Part shown: piece by piece, positions 57,575 through 64,000 of the stretch | Position numbering within the stretch: position 1 is the stretch's first letter | Layout: each line of letters begins with the position of its first letter | Assembly (NCBI GenBank): GCA_009914755.4 | Contig: CP068257.2 | Span: 10,528,001-10,592,000, forward strand | Reading direction: 5' to 3' | From: the human T2T-CHM13v2.0 reference genome, Homo sapiens | Length of the DNA stretch: 64,000 nucleotides | Notes under the pieces: generated by a model | What the model was told of the DNA's origin: nothing | What the model saw: the letters and a program-made list of their open reading frames with translations, nothing else | Database searches by the model: none | Position numbers and translations under genes: made by a program

Positions 57575-57628
57575 CTGTCATTGGGGCCGAGCTCAATGAT
57601 GACTCCCGCCAGGTCAGTCGGATCAGGA
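57575..57628 (-). CDS. TPTE: TPTE N-terminal repeat exon 1, encoding (S)[17 protein letters not shown]
   Basis: rc = ctttag|t cct gat ccg act gac ctg gcg gga gtc atc att gag ctc ggc ccc aat gac ag|gtgagttata. 54 nt, phase 1 in and phase 2 out. GT donor and AG acceptor are present. Confidence 0.85.
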
Positions 57629-58612
57629 CTAAAGGACAAATATGGTCAGAGTCAGACCCAATGCGTAATTCTAATGTTTTGCAACAAATAGCTACAGTTA
57701 GTCTATGTGTCATTCCCCAGTTACACTTTTATTATTCACATGTATGTATATCACTAAATTGACCTGGGATGGCATTTGTCTTTTTATTAGAAATGAGGTT
57801 TCATATGCCAACAGTGAGCATTTTAGGCTGTGACCATAGCGATGCATGCAGATTAAGTAAGGGTATCTACACCTCAAGGTGTAACAGCATTTTTGGAGAG
57901 CATTTAATTCTAGTTCAAATTTAGTTCCTGAGTCTCCCTTCTTATAATCCCATTTGAGTTCCTCATTCTCTATCACCTCCAATCACCTCCTCACTTTTCA
58001 CCCATCCTAGTTGTCTCTCCTGCCCAAGAGTTGCGGCCAAGTAGCTGGAGGCCTCAAGCAAGGGCTCCATCCCATGTGAGAGTGGGTATGGGCAAAGGCA
58101 GTCAGCCTCACATAACGGTAGAGCTCTGGAGGGGGTGAAATAATTCCAGGGTTATTAGCTCTGTTCTTTGTTTTGGCTGGGATTTCTCTGATCTTTGTCC
58201 ACTCCTATCTCCTTCTCCCTGCAAGCAGGATTCGCTTCTCCCTTGGTTCATGCTACTAGGAAAGTCTCATTCTCACAGAAAGGTAATGTGACAAACACTA
58301 ACATAAAAAGCCTCCCTCTATGAGTTCCTCCCCATTTTCCTACCTCCATCCAAAAAACAAAACAATATTGCATACAAAGCTCATTCTGAGAGGACTCTAG
58401 AAATAGTTTCAAGGGAACTCCTTGTTCCCATGGATGCCTGTCACACTCAATAGCCCTACTCAGTCTCTCTTGTGTGTACGAATGCATGTATGTATGTGTT
58501 TGTATATGCATAGACACATGTATAACTGTATTCCTTGGTATCACATGGTGCATTGGCCAGCCTACTAGAAGGTACTCTCAATTCACACACAGGGCCGTGC
58601 CAAAGAAGTTAA

Positions 58613-59010
<398 letters not shown>

Positions 59011-60005
59011 TTCCAACTACTTTTCAACCTGTAAATTGCCTTACCCTTAGAGAAGTCATGTGTGTATTTGGTTCTTTGGAATCTGCCATGCCATTTACCC
59101 TACACATCATACTTTATATGATTGCAGCACATCTATCTAAGACTCACTGACTCAAGAGTTCACCAAAACTCTGTACCACTGGAGCTGGCCAATGCACGAC
59201 AGACAGCCTTTTGTGGGTGAATTTCTTTTAAATTCAACTCCACTGGGTAGGCATTCCTCCTCCTAATCCCATCTATGGCCCACTTCCTGGATCTCTCCGT
59301 CAAGTCTTTCCTTTCACCCATCATGCTAGTCTTTCCTGTCCATGGGACACAGGCAAGTAGCTGTGGGCCTAAGGAACGGCTGCATCCAATGAGGTGGTGT
59401 GCTTGTGTTTATGTTTTAGCACCAACCTCATATGTTGACAGAGCTCTGGAGTGTGAGGGACAAGTCCATGTTCCATTAGCTCTGTTCTTTTCTGCCCAGG
59501 GCTTCACTGCTCCTTGTCAGCTGCTATCTCCTCCATGTTGCAAATAGGATTTTCTCCTCCTTTCTGTCAATCTGGTAGGCTCTCAAACTCAGGAAATCTG
59601 AGTCCTTTAAGCTGCTGCTTACTAGGAACTAACAGTGACAAATACACTAACATAGGAAGCAGCAGCTCTCTTATGACCTGCTCCTTTTTATATCACTCCG
59701 TTAGAAAAGGAAGCAATGTTACCTACAAAGGCTACTAGGAGAAGAATTGGAAATCCTGTTAAAAACCACTCTCTATGGCCACGCAGGCTTCCCAGAATAA
59801 ACTCCACAAATGTCCGGCCGTCTGTCTCCTTGTTGTATGTTTCCACTGTATGCATGGATTTGTTAGTGGATGTGTTTGAGAGAAGTGTGTACGGATGGAT
59901 GCATGGATGGATGGATGGATATATTTGTTTATGTGCCTGTGTCTGTGAATACTTCTATGCTCAGTTATAATTCGATAAATAAAGACACACGTACGCATAA
60001 CTCAC

Positions 60006-60059
60006 CTTTCATTCATACGTGCCTCTGGGTTCACTCCTGATAATTCATTTGTGGGTGGA
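60006..60059 (-). CDS. TPTE: TPTE-like first coding exon: 5'UTR plus initiator ATG (Met-Asn-Glu)
   Basis: minus-strand reading: ctctag|t cca ccc aca aat gaa tta tca gga gtg aac cca gag gca cgt ATG aat gaa ag|gtgagttat. ATG at 60016..60014. The exon ends in phase 2 and joins the t of the next exon to give Ser. The sequence is homologous to the downstream 54-nt repeated exons. Confidence 0.7.
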
Positions 60060-60985
60060 CTAGAGGATGTCAAAAGAATATAGTCAGACAGGAGACACAA
60101 TTCAAAATTTACTTTTCTGGTAAAACTAGCTTTCATTAATCTGCACATAAACCAGTTAAGTTCTGACTATTCATGTGTATAGCACTATTTGGTTCTGAAA
60201 TGTCATTTTTTAATTAAAAAGGAGGATTTATATGATGGCAACCAACATCTTAGGCTGGGGAAAATAGTAATGCTTTCAGATTTAAATAAACCTCTTTATT
60301 ATGACCTCAGTCCCAATGCGTGACAGCCTTTGTGGTGGCAGTTATTTCAAACTAAACTTTTGTGTGGAGGTAGTCAGCCCTCTTATTCCACTAAATGTGC
60401 TGCCTCGAAAGCCCTCCATTACTTCTTCACTTGATTGTCTCTGTTGGTCCACAAGTACGGTAAAGTAACTGCAGGTCTGAGTCAAGCACACAATCCAATA
60501 TGATGGTATTTGGGGTTTTGAGTACCACCCTGTATTGTGGCAGAGTTCTGCAGGGTCAAAAACATTTCTAGGGTTGTTAGCTTTTTTCTCTTCTCCTGAG
60601 GTCTTCACTACTCTCCGTCCCTGCTGTCCTTTCCTGTTTCCAAAGAGGATTCTCTGCTGTCCTCAGCCATTATAGTAAGGTCTCACATATAGGCAGTCTG
60701 AAAATTAGTTTTTATTTTTACTCAAGAGTATCAAACAGACTAGTAAGAAAAATCATTCTTCTTTTTATGTGGTCATCTTTTATCTAAATTCATTCAAGAC
60801 ATAAAGTCACCTTCATATCCTATAGTGAGATCATGCAGACACATGTGTCAAAGTTTTTTGTTTTTCCATTAATGCCCTTGAATGGGAACTTCCCTAATCT
60901 CAACCTTTATATTTCTCTGCTGTACCTGTGGGTGCATGCCTTGATTTAATATGAATGCATATAGGTATATATAAATGGTATATAA

Positions 60986-61342
<357 letters not shown>

Positions 61343-62244
61343 CTCTATATTATTTCTGTCTCACAGTTCACTGACAGCTCCATTCCAGGGTACTGATTTG
61401 AATTTAGACTTGGCAGTGCTACAGAATTTAAATATATATATGTATCGTCCAACACCAATATGACATTCTGGACTTCACTTTCTGGTTTGAATTACTCACA
61501 AGCGATGTTTAGTTCTTTACAATTGAATACAGCACAAACTAAGCATTTGATGGTTTACTTTATTTCAAATTCAGCTGCAGTTTCTATATACAAATCCCCT
61601 TGACCCCATCTCATTTCCTGACACTAAAATCCCTTCATGAGTGCCTTGTTTTTGCCATTATAGGTGTCTTCTCTGCTCTCACACAGGGTCAAGAAACTGC
61701 CCCATACAATGTGATGATGGGTGTGGGCTTGTAGTGTTAGCCTCACATGGTGGTAGAGCTCTGGGTGTGAGGAACCCTGCCAGGGCCATTAGCTCTGTTT
61801 GTTTTCCCTAAGGGCCCCGCTGCTCCCTGTCCACTGCTACTCGCTTGTTGCTCTGCATAGGGTTTTCTTCCCTTGGTCCACTCTAGTATGTCTCATACAC
61901 AGGAAATCTGACTTTCCTAAGTATGTGCCTGCTACTAAGGGTGACAAGACAATAACAAGAAGTTTCCCTTTTTTGCCCTGTTCCTTTTTTATCCAATTTA
62001 ATCAAAAAGTTGGATAAGGGGCCTGCAGGGCCTATAGTTAGGAGGTTTATAAACAGTGTAAAAGACATTCTGTATGGCCATAGATGATCCTGAGCGCAAG
62101 CACATAATCTTCATCTTTCTCTCTGTCGATTCTCTCTCTCTTTTCTCTTTCTCTCCCTTTCTCTCTCTCCCTGTGTTTGTGTGTCTAGATAGACAGAAGT
62201 ATGTATATCTGCATATATATTTCTTTAAATATTTGTGTATATAT

Positions 62245-62300
62245 ATTTTATAATTCACATTTCATTGGTGGTTCTATCATAGGTCATTGATGTCAATTCT
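62245..62300 (-). pseudogene. degenerate copy of the 54-nt TPTE repeat exon (pseudo-exon, in-frame stop)
   Basis: rc = cctttag|cct gca tac aga att gac atc aat gac cta TGA tag aac cac caa tga aat|gtgaattata. The acceptor and donor context is conserved but the reading frame is destroyed. Confidence 0.5.
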
Positions 62301-62439
62301 GTATGCAGGCTAAAGGAATATAAAAGTAGATAGTTGGACACACATGTAATTCTAAACTTACTTTTTGAATCAAACAGCTACAGTTACTCTACAATGTACT
62401 ATCTGGTTGACATTTAAATATTCATGTGTATATCACTAA

Positions 62440-62746
<307 letters not shown>

Positions 62747-64000
62747 TGGCATTTATTTCTAATGTAACTGCAGTCTGTAAGGAAACATGCCTCTTACCCC
62801 ATCTAAATTCTTGATTCCTAAGTCCTTCTGTCACTTCTTTACTTTCACCCATCATGGCTGTCTTTCTTGCCCAGAAGATATGACCATGTAGCTGTAGGCC
62901 TGAGTCAGGAACTCCCTACAAAATGATTGTGGGTTTGGGTTTGGGGCACCAGCCTCACATGGTGGTAGAACGCTAGAAGGTGAGGAACCCATTACGGTTT
63001 CATGAACTCTGTTCTTTTTGCTGAGTGCTTCACTCCTCCGTCACCTGTTACCTCCCCATTGCTCCAAATAGGATTCTCTCTCCCTTTGGCCCACTCTAGT
63101 AGTAGGAGAGTCTCATAAATGGAAAACCTCAGAGGTTCCTAAGGGATTGGATACTACTAACTTAGAGTGACAAATATACTAAGAGGAAGAAGCATCCCTT
63201 TCATGACTTCATCCTCTTTTATCCAATTTGGTCTGAAAAAAAAAATAGAAGGTTATCTATAGATCCTACAGTGAGAAGATTTAGACATAGTGTCAAAGAT
63301 ATTCTGTATTTCCAAGGATATGCCTGACAGTGAATTTTACAAATATCAACTTCTCTTTCTCTTTCATTGTTTTATGTTTCTGTGTGTGTATGTGTATGCA
63401 TGCGTGTATGTTATGTGTATATATGTATATATACACTTACTTGTATATAAATCCTTGTTTCTAATTCACATTTCATGGGTGGCTCTATCATAGGTTACTA
63501 CCATCAACTCAATTGGCTGTGGGCTGGGGAATTATAAAAGCATATTACTCAGATACAAACACAATTTGGACTTACACTTTTGGTCAAATAGCTGCAGTTA
63601 CTCTAGACAAGAGTCTACCTGCCAAGGAATGCCAAAGATTGCCAGCAACCAGAAAAAGCTAGCAAAGAGGTATCAAACAGATTCTTCCTTATAGCCTTCA
63701 TAAAAAGCCAACCCTACTGACAACCTCAATTTCAGATTTCTAGTCCCTAGGACTATGAGATCATTAATTTTTGTTTAAGCCACTTGGTTTGTGATACTTT
63801 TTTAAAGCAGCCCTAGAAACTAATATAGCCTAACCTGGTAGAATCTCATACACAGGCAATCCAACAGTTTTCTGAAAGTTTTAGCTACTAGTCAACTCAG
63901 CTAGGAAGAAGTAGACTTCTTGTGATCTACTTATCTTGTATCCAACTAGACCCAAAAAGAAAAGGATGTTACATACAGAAGCTGAAACTACCAGTACTTC

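Overview
This is human or hominid nuclear genomic DNA, not a prokaryotic locus, and I found no novel defence, biosynthetic or other 'system' in it. The evidence for the identification is about 25 Alu SINEs, many LINE-1 fragments in both orientations, Tigger1 DNA-transposon pieces, a MIR element, and canonical GT-AG introns.

The one gene present is a TPTE-family gene on the minus strand. TPTE is a PTEN-like phosphatase with an N-terminal voltage-sensor domain. I recovered 18 coding exons with consistent reading-frame phase across every junction. They run from the initiator ATG (60016..60014) to the exon ending ...GKCS, about codon 452 of roughly 551. The catalytic signature reads HCKGGT|DRTG across the junction of exons 14 and 15. 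That matches TPTE (the catalytically inactive paralog) rather than TPTE2 (HCKGGKGRTG). The last ~100 codons and the 3' UTR must lie beyond coordinate 1.

The most distinctive structure is at the 5' end of the gene, roughly 54.6-63.7 kb. It is a tandem array of diverged ~0.9-2.4 kb duplicated units. Each unit carries a 54-nt exon with symmetric phase (1 nt + 17 codons + 2 nt), or a degenerate pseudo-exon. (GGAT)n microsatellites in the units are expanded to different lengths, and a 5'-truncated AluY with an intact 16-bp target-site duplication sits next to one exon.

Other points of interest are a ~78-bp minisatellite, an AT-rich inverted-repeat cluster, two perfect palindromes, and a Tigger1 split by an L1 that is itself split by a younger L1. 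There is no CRISPR array, tRNA or rRNA. Nearly all ORFs on the six-frame track are read-through translations of Alu or L1 sequence.

Limits: I called exons by reverse-complement translation and comparison with the TPTE protein sequence as I recall it from memory. I could run no alignment or database search. Exon coordinates were worked out base-by-base from the printed line numbers; repeat coordinates are approximate.
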